Source: Amoebophrya sp. A120
Lineage: Eukaryota > Protista > Dinoflagellata
Length of the DNA: 64,000 bases
Direction: 5' to 3'
Assembly: GCA_905178155.1 (NCBI GenBank)
Contig: CAJINV010000030.1
Coordinates: forward strand, 77,984 to 141,983
Shown here: piece after piece, positions 1 through 11,460 of the stretch
How the letters are laid out: each line of letters begins with the position of its first letter
Position numbering within the stretch: the stretch's first letter is position 1
Notes under the pieces: model-generated
What the model was told of the DNA's origin: nothing
Seen by the model: only the letters and a program-made list of their open reading frames with translations
Databases searched by the model: none
Program-made: the position numbers and the translations under genes

Positions 1-590
1 ACGCGAACATGTCGCGGGCAGGAGCCAGGACGCGACCATGCCGCGTCCAAGAGCCAGGACGCGAACATGTCGGGGGCAGGAGCCAGGACGCGGACATGCC
101 GCGTCCAAGACCCAGGACGCGAACATGTCGCGTCCGAGAGCCAGGACGCGGACATGCCGCGTCCAAGACCCAGGACGCGAACATGTCGCGTCCAAGAGCC
201 AGGACGCGAACATGTCGCGTCCAAGAGCCAGGGCGCGGACATGTCGCGCCCAAGAGCCAGGACGCGGACATGCCGCGTCCAAGACCCAGGACGCGGACAT
301 GTCGCGTCCAAGAGCCAGGACGCGGACATGTCGTGTCCAAAAGCCAGGGCGCGGACATGTCGTGTCCAAAAGCCAGGCCGCCAACATGTGCGTGGCGGGC
401 AGGAGCCAGGACCCAACATTTGGCGTCACAGAGCCAGGACGCCACCACTTGGGGTCCTGAAACCGGCACGCCAACATGCGGCGTCCAACAGCCGGACGCC
501 AGCATTTGGCGTCCCGCCCCCACGGCTGGAACGACAGCGCTTGGCGTTCCGGAGCCAGGACGCCAAAATGTGGCGTCCTGGAGCCGGGAC
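1..590. repeat. 29-bp GC-rich tandem array, copy 1 (runs off the window start)
   Basis: Unit ACGCGGACATGCCGCGTCCAAGAGCCAGG repeated. It contains the hairpin GGACGCG-n7-CGCGTCC and decays after ~420. Confidence 0.95.
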
Positions 591-796
591 CGACCGCTCG
601 CCGGAGCGGAGGGCTTCATGCCTGACTGTGAGATACATTGCAAGCTCCACAAACTCCAACGACGAATTCCAGCCGGAGGTCGTCGGAAGCAAGGCCGCTT
701 CTGAGGAGGGATACTCAGACGGCGCACCGCGTAGCGCTGTCATTTTTGCAGGGGCCACGAAAACCTGCCGTAAAACGGGCCCACAACAAACACAAG

Positions 797-1172
797 CTGA
801 GATACGAAATCCTGCTCGACCCTGATTTTCCCCCCGAAATCCCAGAAAAAGAGGTGCCGAGCCCGGAATTTCCCCCCGAATCCCGGGAAAAGTCCGTTCC
901 TGACCTTGAATTTTCCCCCCCGCACTTTTCCGAGGGGCGGCGAGCTGGAGTGTGGTTCTCCGAGAACCGCACTCGCAGTACCATCCCCACCCACTCCAAC
1001 CTGAGACACGAAATACTGCTCGGCCCTGATTTTCCCCCCGCAATCCCGGAAAAAGCAGTGCCGGGCCCGGAATTTCCCCCCAAATCCAGGGAAAAGCCTG
1101 TGCCTGACCTCGAATTTGCCCCACCGCGCTTTCCCTAGGAGCTGCTCGTTGGAGTGCGGTTCTCCGAGAGCC
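797..1172. repeat. Diverged ~205-bp tandem duplication
   Basis: CTGAGAYACGAAATMCTGCTCG..CCCTGATTTTCCCCCC...GGAGTG.GGTTCTCCGAGA occurs at ~797-967 and ~1001-1170. Confidence 0.85.
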
Positions 1173-1202
1173 CTGCTTCACCTGCTAGTTGGAGTGCGGT
1201 TC

Positions 1203-2730
1203 GATTCCACCTGCTTCCCGCCGGCGGGAAGCAGGTGAAGCTGGGGCGCCGATCTCGGCTCCGCCTGCTTCCCGCCGGCGGGAAGCAGGTGATTGAAGCT
1301 GGCTCGCCGATCTCGGCTCCGCCTGCTTCCCGCCGGCGGGAAGCAGGTGAAGCTGGCTCGCCGATCTCGGCTCCACCTGCTCCCCGCCGGCGGGAAGCAG
1401 GTGAAGCTGGGGCGCCGATCTCGGCTCCACCTGCTTCCCGCCGGCGGGAAGCAGGTGAAGCTGGGGCGCCGATCTCGGCTCCACCTGCTTCCCGCCGGCG
1501 GGAAGCAGGTGAAGCTGGGGCGCCGATCTCGGCTCCACCTGCTTCCCGCCGGCGGGAAGCAGGTGAAGCTGGGGCGCCGATCTCGGCTCCACCTGCTTCC
1601 CGCCGGCGGGAAGCAGGTGAAGCTGGGGCGCCGATCTCGGCTCCACCTGCTTCCCGCCGGCGGGAAGCAGGTGAAGCTGGGGCGCCGATCTCGGCTCCAC
1701 CTGCTTCCCGCCGGCGGGAAGCAGGTGAAGCTGGGGCGCCGATCTCGGCTCCACCTGCTCCCCGCCGGCGGGAAGCAGGTGAAGCTGGGGCGCCGATCTC
1801 GGCTCCACCTGCTCCCCGCCGGCGGGAAGCAGGTGAAGCTGGGGCGCCGATCTCGGCTCCACCTGCTCCCCGCCGGCGGGAAGCAGGTGAAGCTGGGGCG
1901 CCGATCTCGGCTCCACCTGCTCCCCGCCGGCGGGAAGCAGGTGAAGCTGGGGCGCCGATCTCGGCTCCACCTGCTTCCCGCCGGCGGGAAGCAGGTGAAG
2001 CTGGGGCGCCGATCTCGGCTCCACCTGCTTCCCGCCGGCGGGAAGCAGGTGAAGCTGGGGCGCCGATCTCGGCTCCACCTGCTTCCCGCCGGCGGGAAGC
2101 AGGTGAAGCTGGGGCGCCGATCTCGGCTCCACCTGCTTCCCGCCGGCGGGAAGCAGGTGAAGCTGGGGCGCCGATCTCGGCTCCACCTGCTCCCCGCCGG
2201 CGGGAAGCAGGTGAAGCTGGGGCGCCGATCTCGGCTCCACCTGCTCCCCGCCGGCGGGAAGCAGGTGAAGCTGGGGCGCCGATCTCGGCTCCACCTGCTC
2301 CCCGCCGGCGGGAAGCAGGTGAAGCTGGGGCGCCGATCTCGGCTCCACCTGCTTCCCGCCGGCGGGAAGCAGGTGAAGCTGGGGCGCCGATCTCGGCTCC
2401 ACCTGCTTCCCGCCGGCGGGAAGCAGGTGAAGCTGGGGCGCCGATCTCGGCTCCACCTGCTTCCCGCCGGCGGGAAGCAGGTGAAGCTGGGGCGCCGATC
2501 TCGGCTCCACCTGCTTCCCGCCGGCGGGAAGCAGGTGAAGCTGGGGCGCCGATCTCGGCTCCACCTGCTTCCCGCCGGCGGGAAGCAGGTGCAGCTGGGG
2601 CGCCGATCTCGGCTCCACCTGCTTCCCGCCGGCGGGAAGCAGGTGAACTGAAGCTGGGGCGCCGATCTCGGCTCCGCCTGCTCCCCGCCGGCGGGGAGCA
2701 GGTGAAGCTGGGGCGACGATCTCGTCTCCA
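1203..2730. repeat. 54-bp palindromic satellite, ~28 near-identical copies
   Basis: Unit GAAGCTGGGGCGCCGATCTCGGCTCCACCTGCTTCCCGCCGGCGGGAAGCAGGT. Most units carry the perfect 30-bp palindrome CACCTGCTTCCCGCC|GGCGGGAAGCAGGTG; a recurring variant has one T-to-C change. Confidence 0.97.
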
Positions 2731-2767
2731 CTCTCCAGCTGCTCCCCGCCGATCCAGAAAGACAAAA

Positions 2768-2983
2768 AAATTTGTAGTCGCGAATCCGCGATTACCAAAA
2801 TTTGTAGTCGCGGATCCGCGATTACAAAAATCTGGGAAAATTTGTAATCGCGGAGCCGCGATTACAAAAATCTGGGAAAATTTGTAATCGCGGATCCGCG
2901 ATTACAAAAATCCTGAAAAATTTGTAATCTCGGACTCGCGATTACAAAAATCCTGGAAATTTTGTAATCGCGGATCCGCGATT
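2768..2983. repeat. ~40-bp palindromic tandem repeat (5-6 copies)
   Basis: Core palindrome TTTGTAATCGCGGATCCGCGATTACAAA separated by AATCTGGGAAAA-type spacers. Confidence 0.92.
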
Positions 2984-3141
2984 CGCAGTTGTGACTCGTG
3001 CGGGCCTGTATGGGTAGATAGGTGAGTAGTTCCCGGGTGCGCGAGCAGGACCGACCACCCACCCGGGCCCGGACGGGTGCTCCGGCGGCTGGCCTTCGCC
3101 GGGATCCCCGGGTGCACAAACAGGACCACCCGTCCGGGCCC

Positions 3142-4090
3142 GGGGCGACGATCTCGTCTCCACGTGCCCCCCGCCGGCGGGGAGCGGGTGGAGCCGGGGC
3201 GGCGATCTCGTCTCCACCTACTCCCGCCGGCGGGGAGCAGGTGAAGCTGGGGCCCGGCGGGGAGCAGGTGGAGCTGGGGCAAGGATGAGTTGGGGCGACG
3301 ATCTCGTCTCCACCTGCTCCCCGCCCGCGGACGCGGACATGCCGCGGGCAGGAGCCAGGTAGGACGCGGACATGCCGCGGGCAGGAGCCAGGACGCGGAC
3401 ATGCCGCGCCCAAGAGCCAGGACGCGGACATGCCGCGTCCAAGACCCACCCAGGACGCGGACGCGCTGCGTCCAAGAGCCAGGACGCGGACGCGCTGCGT
3501 CCAAGAGCCAGGACGCGGACATGCCGCGTCCAAGAGCCAGGGCGCGAACGTGCCGCGTCCAAGAGCCAGGACGCGGACATGTCGCGTCCAAGAGCCAGGA
3601 CGCGGACATGCCGCGCCCAAGAGCCAGGACGCGGACATGCCGCGTCCAAGACGGACCCAGGAAGCGAACACGTCGCGTCCAAGAGCCAGGACGCGGACAT
3701 GCCGCGTCCAAGAGCCAGGACGCGACCATGCCGCGTCCAAGAGCCAGGACGCGGACATGCCGCGTCCAAGAGCCAGGACGCGGACACGCCGCGTCCAAGA
3801 GCCAGGACGCGAACATGTCGCGTCCAACAGCCAGGATGCGGACATGTCGCGTCCAAGAGCTAGGACGCGGACATGTCGCGTCCAAGAGCCAGGACGCGGA
3901 CACGTCGTGGGCAGGAGCCAGGACGCGGACACGTCGTGGGCAGGAGCCAGGGCGCGGACATGTCGTGTCCAAAAGCCAGGCCGCCAACATGTGCGTAGCG
4001 GGCAGGAGCCAGGACGCCAACACTTTCTTGGCGTCCTGAAACGGGCGCGCCAGCATGCGGCGTCCTGGAGCCGGGACGCCACCATTTGGC
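3142..4090. repeat. Degenerate 54-mer remnants followed by 29-bp tandem array, copy 2
   Basis: GGGGCGACGATCTCGTCTCCACC remnants at 3142-3325, then the 29-mer array from ~3329 to 4010. Its tail (AAAGCCAGGCCGCCAACATGTGCGT..) matches 369-470. Confidence 0.93.
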
Positions 4091-5253
4091 GTACACGTAG
4101 AGCGAGGATTTGCTTCTGTACTACACGACGATCGAAGTTGGGCTACACGTAGAGCGAGGATTTGTTTCCGTACTACACCTACACGACGAAACGTTGTCCC
4201 CGGCAACAGGAGATCGGATTTCGTCATGCTGGATTTCGACCAAGTGCTGGGTGAAGTAACAAAGGGTTAGTTCTTGTGCGACGATGACCATGATCCGGAT
4301 TTGTGTTGCAGACCTGTACTGGGACCGGACTGTATTCGAAGATATCGTATTCGATCTCCAAGATACCGGGTTGCAGTAGCAACCCGGCCGAGAAGAGCGT
4401 TTGCTCCGACGTCGTGAAGGTGCGATGAAGAAGGATTCCAGTGATGCAAGGAAGAAGCGAGCTAGATACTCATCGTCGTCGACGAATTACTTTTTACTTG
4501 TTTACAAGAATGGCAGGCGACTGTGCCCGGGCTGTGCCTGTACGCATTACGCAATAATGTTTTGTCACGCAATAGGAAGAATACAGAAAGCATTGTCAGC
4601 TCGGCTGATGTGCCCGATGGCTTATCGATGTTTTTTTTTTTCCTCCCGTTGCGGAAAATTGGTTTTGCTTTTGCAAGGTACTAAGAAGATGAATGCAAAG
4701 GCACCTACTTGCTTGGATGTTCCTGCGCACAGCTCGTCATACTGAGTTCTGGATCCCTGTTTGTGGAAAGTAAAAACGTTTACTTTCGAAGAAAAGAAGT
4801 TGAAGATCATGTTTTATTTTTCACGTTTTTTTTTTTTCGTGCTGAAAAGATGCCACGTTTTTTTTTTCGGTCACACGATCATCGAGATTCGCATGGCCAA
4901 ATGAAAGGCACTAAGTGAAGAAACACACGGAAATTTGAAGCTTCACGTCTGGCATCTTCGAGACAGGAACAGGTTCTTATTGAACTACAACTAGAGCACG
5001 AAGAATATGCTCAACGCCTTTGAAGATCATGTCCTTTTTTTTCGTGCTGGGTTCCTATTTTTGATTCAGTCGAGGTCTGCAGTTCTATTGTGTGTCGTGC
5101 GCATGTTTTTTTTCCAAGTTTGAACCTCGTTGAATAAAGAAAAATAGCACCGCATTTGCATATTCATAAATGTTGCACAGAGTAAACTTTTCCTCACTGT
5201 CTGTGAAACACAAAAAAGAAACATGAAGCCGGATACCAGTGACCAATGCCTGC

Positions 5254-5409
5254 TATCCTGTTCAAAAGTATCGTACTCGTAGTAATTGCAAATATGCATG
5301 ACAAATCTTCTTCCTAAGGTAAAACAGCATCACAAATTCCATTTCTCATGTTGAGGCAATTTGTATTGCGATGTATACTAGTACGATTACGATACTTTTG
5401 CAATGAATT
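5254..5409. mobile_element. Introner/MITE family A, apparently outside coding sequence
   Basis: TIRs TATCCTGTTCAAAAGTATCGTACTCGTAG / GATACTTTTGCAATGAATT; TSD CCTGC/CCTGT. Confidence 0.85.
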
Positions 5410-8296
5410 CCTGTTTCCCGGGTTCGTTTGCTCCCGCACCGCGTCGATCGACCAGGAAAAGACGGACGGTACCAATGGAATTGCCATTTGTAAACTTTGT
5501 GTTGCTTCTTGTTCTTTGTTGAAATAGAAATCAATGCACAACATTGACCTAGTAGAGATGCAAAATAAAAGAACCTTTGCTCCTTGATTTTTATCGGTTG
5601 GGTTGTGTACATTTAAGAAACTTCTGTAGTTATATCAATGATTTCTTCACTGCACTGTCAGCTTTTCACCGAGCCCCGGGTCGCAGCATATTCGCAATGC
5701 ATAGCGGCACGCGCAACGGTGCCGTTCTCGACAGTGTTGGCAATATGGTTTGGAGGTGCAGTATCGGGACAAAACATGGAAAGGCGTGAGAAGGTGCGGT
5801 GGTCTGGAAGTTCTTCAATGTAGACTTTATTTTGCGAAGGAAGCTCTTCATTTTCTTGAAGAGTTTTTGTTTTAGTAATTTTGAATTTTTGGGATATGAC
5901 GTAAAGCCTTCCCTCGCACCTGAACTGTTTTTTTGCTTTATCTCTGGAGCTAGTTTTTTGAATTATTATCCTTAAGTTTCAGCTTTTGTCCGTTCTGTAT
6001 GTTCTATAGTCTTTCATCTTCATTCAAGTTTTTTTTTTAACGTTTCGCTTTCGCTATAAAGTATTTAGGTTTTCCAAGATGCAGCTGGTTTACAGGATTA
6101 CAGTCCCTGCTCACTGACATCAGTAGCTCGAGTCTCATCTACTCTCCTCCCCCTGCTGGTCTTTTCTTCATTCTGATGTATCTGCCCAGCGGTTCTTGAC
6201 AGTATAAGTTCTTTGTTGAACCACTGCCAGAACAAACAAGCGCTCCCCTTCGGCTTTCTACCATAATCCCGAGGGGATTGAGACCGCGCGCGCGTGAGGC
6301 CAGTATTACTCGATCAAAGTCCTAGGTATCTCTTCATAATGTTGTAGCCTTGCTCCTGGTAAATTGTCTCTTGTAGTGACTGCACTTTTGCTTTTTAGAC
6401 GTTTGCTAGAAAGACGTATATTTTTTTAAGAACGTAGCTACCGTGATTTTCTGTTACATGTATTAATCGATTCAGGCCGTTCCCATTCCTTGCGAAAGTA
6501 TCCGTGAGCGTGATTCTAATATCTTTAACCCCGGGGATCCACCGTGCTTTATTGTGGCTTTTATGAGTTGCCCTGGCATTATAAAGCATAATTTTAACAG
6601 TCTGCGAAAGGCATTAAAGTCAAGTATCCATATATTCGTTTATTTAAAACACACAAAAGTATATGAAAAAGTCGCTGGCGCGCTCAGCTCGGTATCAGCA
6701 ACATTGCAAAAATGTAGTTGGTCCGAGTTGATCCTGATCGTCCGTTTTCGTAAATACTTTTTTTCGCCTTATCCTTCCACAAAAGATCTACAGCGTAAAT
6801 AGATTTCAAGACTTCGAAAACAGACCAGGAAAAGGCTGGCCCCTAAGTGTCAGCCAAAAATATGTTCTTCTTCTGCCGATTCCTGATATGTCATCATATA
6901 TATATACAGTGCTCTACCTAAACTTCCCTTTGGGATTTTACTTTCTATATATCATCTTCCCAGCTACCCTTGTAGCAAGCTCCTTCATCACGACCAGGAA
7001 TTGCCTGTCCTTTGCACTTATTTTTTTTTTGCTTTCTTATTAGAACTACCGGTGGCGTTCTGGTACACTCGTCGCGTCACCAGCAAGCATCAAGGAAGAT
7101 AACTCAACGTTTCTGGACATCATCACAGTATTAAACCATCCATACCGCCATATACGCACTTATTTTTCACAAAAGGAATTCGAAGCGTTGCAGAAATGCA
7201 CTCGAAGTGCCAGTTCTAAAAAACTAAGTTCGTGCAATGGGTGTCAGTTCTTTCTCCGTCTCCTGAATTGATGATAACGTGAGGACGCTTGATGTTGCGA
7301 AGACGCCTTTCGGCAACTTCAAAATATCGGTCCTAAAAACTCTTCTGGCCCGCTAAGTGTAAGTTCCAGTATCTTTAATTGTCCGCTAAACGCTAGTACG
7401 CGCTAGATTTCTACCTCCCTCTGGGATTTCATCCATTTCACACAGCAATGTAGTCCGCGAAATTATGTACTTACTAGACCGTTTCTGATAGTCCGCGAAA
7501 TTTAGCCAGACATAAGCTCCACATATGACAAAGAACAGGAGGTCTTTATTGGCTCTGCTAGAAGGCCCCTGTTAGTTTATCTCGACTGTACAATTCGCCC
7601 GTCGTTGTTCTATTTGCTTTTGAAGACGAGGAACGACCGTGGGCGGAAACACAGCAAGATAAACCAGCAAGCACATAATAAACATGCACATGCAGGAATA
7701 AAGTACAGAAAGCCATAGCCAAACTCAATGTGAAAATGGCGAGATTGCCCTTTTCTGCCACAAGGAGTGAGATCAATGGCGTTCGAACGTGTTCCAGTTG
7801 TGAGTTACTTGCTGTTGCTTCCCATGTTCGTGAGTGCATGCTGTGGAAAACAAATAGCTTCTGAAAGTAAAAGAAGCGCCAAGAAAGGACAAGTTGAAAA
7901 AAAACGCAGTTTTGGTTTGCAAAAATCACGTCATGGTCTTGATGCCTGTGAAAGTGCTTTGGTTTGTCTGACACTTGTACAACACTTGGTTTGTCTGAAT
8001 CTTGTGCATCCGAAAAGATTGATGATTCCGTTGTAAAAAGACTCAGCAGGAGCTTCTCACATGTCTGTGAAATTCTCAATTCATGTTGGTCCAAGTTGCG
8101 ACTTAATGTTGTAAGGCGTCGTTGATTCCATAGGTGTTGGTGGCAGCACGGATGAAACAAAAGTCTTAGTTTCTAAGTCCAACCAGGTCGAAATAAAGTA
8201 GTAGAGACTTCTGGAAGCTTGCAACTACAGGCGTATATTCGGTTTTTCTTCTCCTCGCACGACACACACCACCTCGCACACAGCTGCATAGAAAAA

Positions 8297-9327
8297 ATGC
8301 CCGAGGCGCAGCAGCAGACCGTCGTTGCCGGCACGACGGTGCAGAAGCAGCAGGCTTCTCAGACCGCCGCCTCCACCAAGTCCAATTTTCAGAAGGTTTG
8401 CGAGTTCCACCAGGCGTTCGGGGTGAAACACACGGAAACCCCCCAGAACGACATCTTCGACGCTGATCCGAAAACCTGCAAGCTGAGGCAGGACTTGATC
8501 GCGGAAGAGCTGAAAGAGCTGTGCCAGGCCTTCAAGGAGAAAAATTTCATTGAGGTATAGCAATCTTAGTAGACTTCTCGGGATGTGATTGTTCTGAAAA
8601 ACTGCATTGTTGTTGACGTAGAAATGTTGTTTTTCGTTTTGAGGTCGTCTTGCATGTAATAGTGAAAAGTTACTGTCTACTATACAATACAGTCAAATGG
8701 TGCTTCCGTTCCAGATGAAAAGCAAAAGTGCAATCTTTTCATTGCATCACAATCACTTTCCACAACCTGAACCCTCTATACACCTAACATCCAGGTCGTC
8801 GACGCTCTGAGCGACATTCTGTACGTGACCTATGGTGCGGGCAGCAGCCTGGGAGTGGACCTTGACAAGGCCTTTGGTCTGGTCCACGAGTCCAACATGT
8901 CCAAGCTGTGCAAGAACGAGGCCGAAGCCAACCAGACCGTGGAATGGTATAAATACGATAGACTTGATACTGTTGCTTTCGAACTCTAAGTATGTCTGTT
9001 CCGATAAATGTGATTCTCAAATAAAACCAACCGCGAATGACGAGATAGTGTCCTCGTGGGGATAAAGTGATTTTGTTTTTGTCCAACGGAACGTGCATCT
9101 ACCGTTCATCACATGTCGTGGTAAAAATGGGTAGTACCAGAAGTCCTGCAAAAAAATACAGGTACAAGGCGAACAAGACCGGGCCGGAGGGGAAGTACCC
9201 CTACGACAGTCCGGCGTGGCGCAAGTCCGGCGACTACTACGTGGTTTACAACGAGTCCACGGGGAAGGTTCTGAAGTCCATCAACTACGCTCCCGTCAGC
9301 TTCAAGGCCATGCTTCCGCAGGCGTGA
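8297..9327 (+). CDS. MazG-like / PRA-PH family all-alpha NTP pyrophosphohydrolase (exons 8297-8554, 8795-8946, 9162-9327)
   Basis: Motifs FQKVCEFHQAFG, LIAEELKEL, VDALSDILYVTYG, VHESNMSK, TGKVLKS. Two GT-AG introns join the exons in frame, and intron 1 has a CCTAAC branch-like site. Confidence 0.9.
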
Positions 9328-10049
9328 AGGTTTTTTTTTGATACGGAAGATGACGGAAACTAGCCCGAGGAAATGTCAAACGTACAAAATGTTGAACAAT
9401 TCTGTGGTGTTGAAGGAGTTCTTGTAGCACACGAAGGCTGCGGCAGCTACTTCGGAGACGAACACTTCTTCTTTCATTACGAAATGAACCTTGTGATTTG
9501 GTATTGGATCATTGGTGCGCTGCGGCGGTATGGTGCACGATAAAGTAGAACTTTCTGGAATTCTGCGATTGATTTTGATGTCGAGAGAATCTATATTTTC
9601 TGATTACATAATTCGGCAACGACCACAGCTCTTGTAGATGGAAGTTGTTAACATCGGTTTTGATAAAGAATTTCCATCCACTGTACAGAGGTTTTTTTTG
9701 GAAGTTGAGCAGGTGCGGCGTGTAGAGAAATAAGTACTTAAAAGCGGCATTTAATTGCAATGTCGCCATCTCCGAAAAGCGCCCTACTCGAGTCGCCAAA
9801 AGATGTTCTAGGGACGAAGGTTTCTTTCACGAAGATGAAGTGCGTTTCGCGCGTGTTGACGTGGCGGAGAAGGGTTTGCTGAGATCCAAAATTTCCGTTC
9901 ACAAAGTTGAAAGATCATCAGCTGATTCATATTGGTCCATCATTTAACATGATGATCTTTGTCTTTTTCCCGTGTTTATGTTTTCGTGCATTGCTGCAAA
10001 ACGATTAACGCATTCAAATCTGAAAAAATCAACCCCATAGTCGCCTTTT

Positions 10050-10443
10050 CGGTTGGTGGCTTGAGTTCCAAGAGTGGCCAAGATGGAACCTCCGGTCCGC
10101 CACGTGTGATTTCTCATGCGTGTGCTGGACTAGAACCCTAAACCCAGTGCCTACCGGAGTGGCGCAGGCGGGTTGACCAGTCGCGCCAACTTCATCGGTT
10201 GGAAGATCCGCTTCGCGCGAGACAAGCGACGCCGTGCCCCGCATCTTCTGCCTTTGACCGGTTTTTTCCTGATTGGGTTTTTTTCTCCGCGGCAGGTGCC
10301 ATATCCGAAGATCGAGCAGTAGTCTAAACTCCCGAGGACTGCGTGATTGTACTTCTAGCAATAGATGCATTCTGCAGCTTCGGTCGAGTATTCTACCTGC
10401 ATTGTCTTTCCGAGGATTTTTGGCTAAACAAACCCAAAATCTG
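10050..10443 (+). ncRNA. Candidate telomerase RNA (boundaries approximate)
   Basis: AACCCTAAACCC at 10134-10145 (1.7 repeats complementary to TTTAGGG) directly follows a long hairpin at 10094-10131. Possible enclosing helix 10051-10058/10183-10190. No convincing ORF. Confidence 0.45.
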
Positions 10444-11025
10444 GTAAGTACGGGCGTCCGGGCCAGAACCGACAACCACTCTTCCTGCTGTTCTCCCCCT
10501 GTTCGACCTGCTTCCCGACGGCCGACGGGCGATCGCGCGTCGGGTTTTCGTTACTCTGGCCTGCGGTTGCTAGTTGTGCTGTCACTGTTGCGGGGCTTAC
10601 GGTCGTGTGGATCGAACGCGAAGAGGTCGTGGCGGCACCCGGCTTGATGTCAGGTCGAGATGTAAGCGGTTTCCTTCATTGCACTGAACCCTGTCTCCCG
10701 GACTGTCCTAGTGCAAGTGGAACCGTGAGTTCCGTGACCCAACAGTTTCTTTTTCTACAGAATGTTGGTGCTGGTGGAGATGACCTGCGCAGTGGATGTC
10801 GACCGTCAGAAGTATATGTGGTTGCGCAGTCAAGGAAGTACATACTACACTATTCACTCGTTTTAGTTTTTTTTGGCTGTTACATGAAATAAACGTTCTG
10901 TAGTTTCTGCATATTTCCGCTCGTGCGACTGCACTTTGACGTGCATGGTGATGAAGATGTTGAGTTTGCATGTTTTTTCTTGGCGAAAAAAAAATTCAAC
11001 TCAGATTCAGATTCAGCATGAGACG

Positions 11026-11352
11026 ATGCAGCGGCCAATTTGGGTCACGACCCCGAGCTTGCCACGGTTCTTGCTGCAGCTGCGACATCAGCGCGAAGAC
11101 CGGACGCCAGATTATGAAAAGACCCGGACGGTGCGGAAGAGCTTTACACCTGACAGCGAGTTGTTTCGAAAAAAATTGTTAATTCAAAGGTTAGAAAGAA
11201 GATCCTCGATACTTAAAGCAAAAGATGAAGATGATCCTAAAGACGTGCCAGCATCACATCCATATCTGAGTTTGTGCACTGCTGTTTCTGCCAACATTTC
11301 TCGATACATCAATCAGTTCTGGTACAGAAAAAACACCGTTCCTGCAGCGTAG
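11026..11352 (+). CDS. Small hypothetical ORF
   Basis: Open frame MQRPIWVTTP...; no recognisable motif. Confidence 0.25.
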   Translation: MQRPIWVTTPSLPRFLLQLRHQREDRTPDYEKTRTVRKSFTPDSELFRKKLLIQRLERRSSILKAKDEDDPKDVPASHPYLSLCTAVSANISRYINQFWYRKNTVPAA

Positions 11353-11415
11353 GTGAAGTCCTTTCGTCGAAAAACGCAGATCGTGCCCATCATAAGAGTT
11401 GCGATCTTCCCGCTG

Positions 11416-11417
11416 AC

Positions 11418-11459
<42 letters not shown>
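11416..11459. repeat. (CA)n microsatellite
   Basis: Direct dinucleotide run. Confidence 0.97.

Positions 11460-11460
<1 letters not shown>

Noticed and set aside
1203-2983. CRISPR-like palindromic repeats
   Set aside because: There are no unique spacers and no cas genes, and the context is eukaryotic.
4092-4180. Short ~52-bp-spaced duplication TACACGTAGAGCGAGGATTTG
   Set aside because: Only two copies at the satellite edge; no evidence of function.
9-4227. Long repetitive ORFs (up to 577 aa) on both strands
   Set aside because: They are translations of stop-free GC-rich satellites, open in several frames on both strands at once.
10320-10600. RNase MRP-like GGGGCTTA (10592) with a possible P4 partner
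   Set aside because: No proper GAAAGTCCCC CR-I partner; the pairing is poor.
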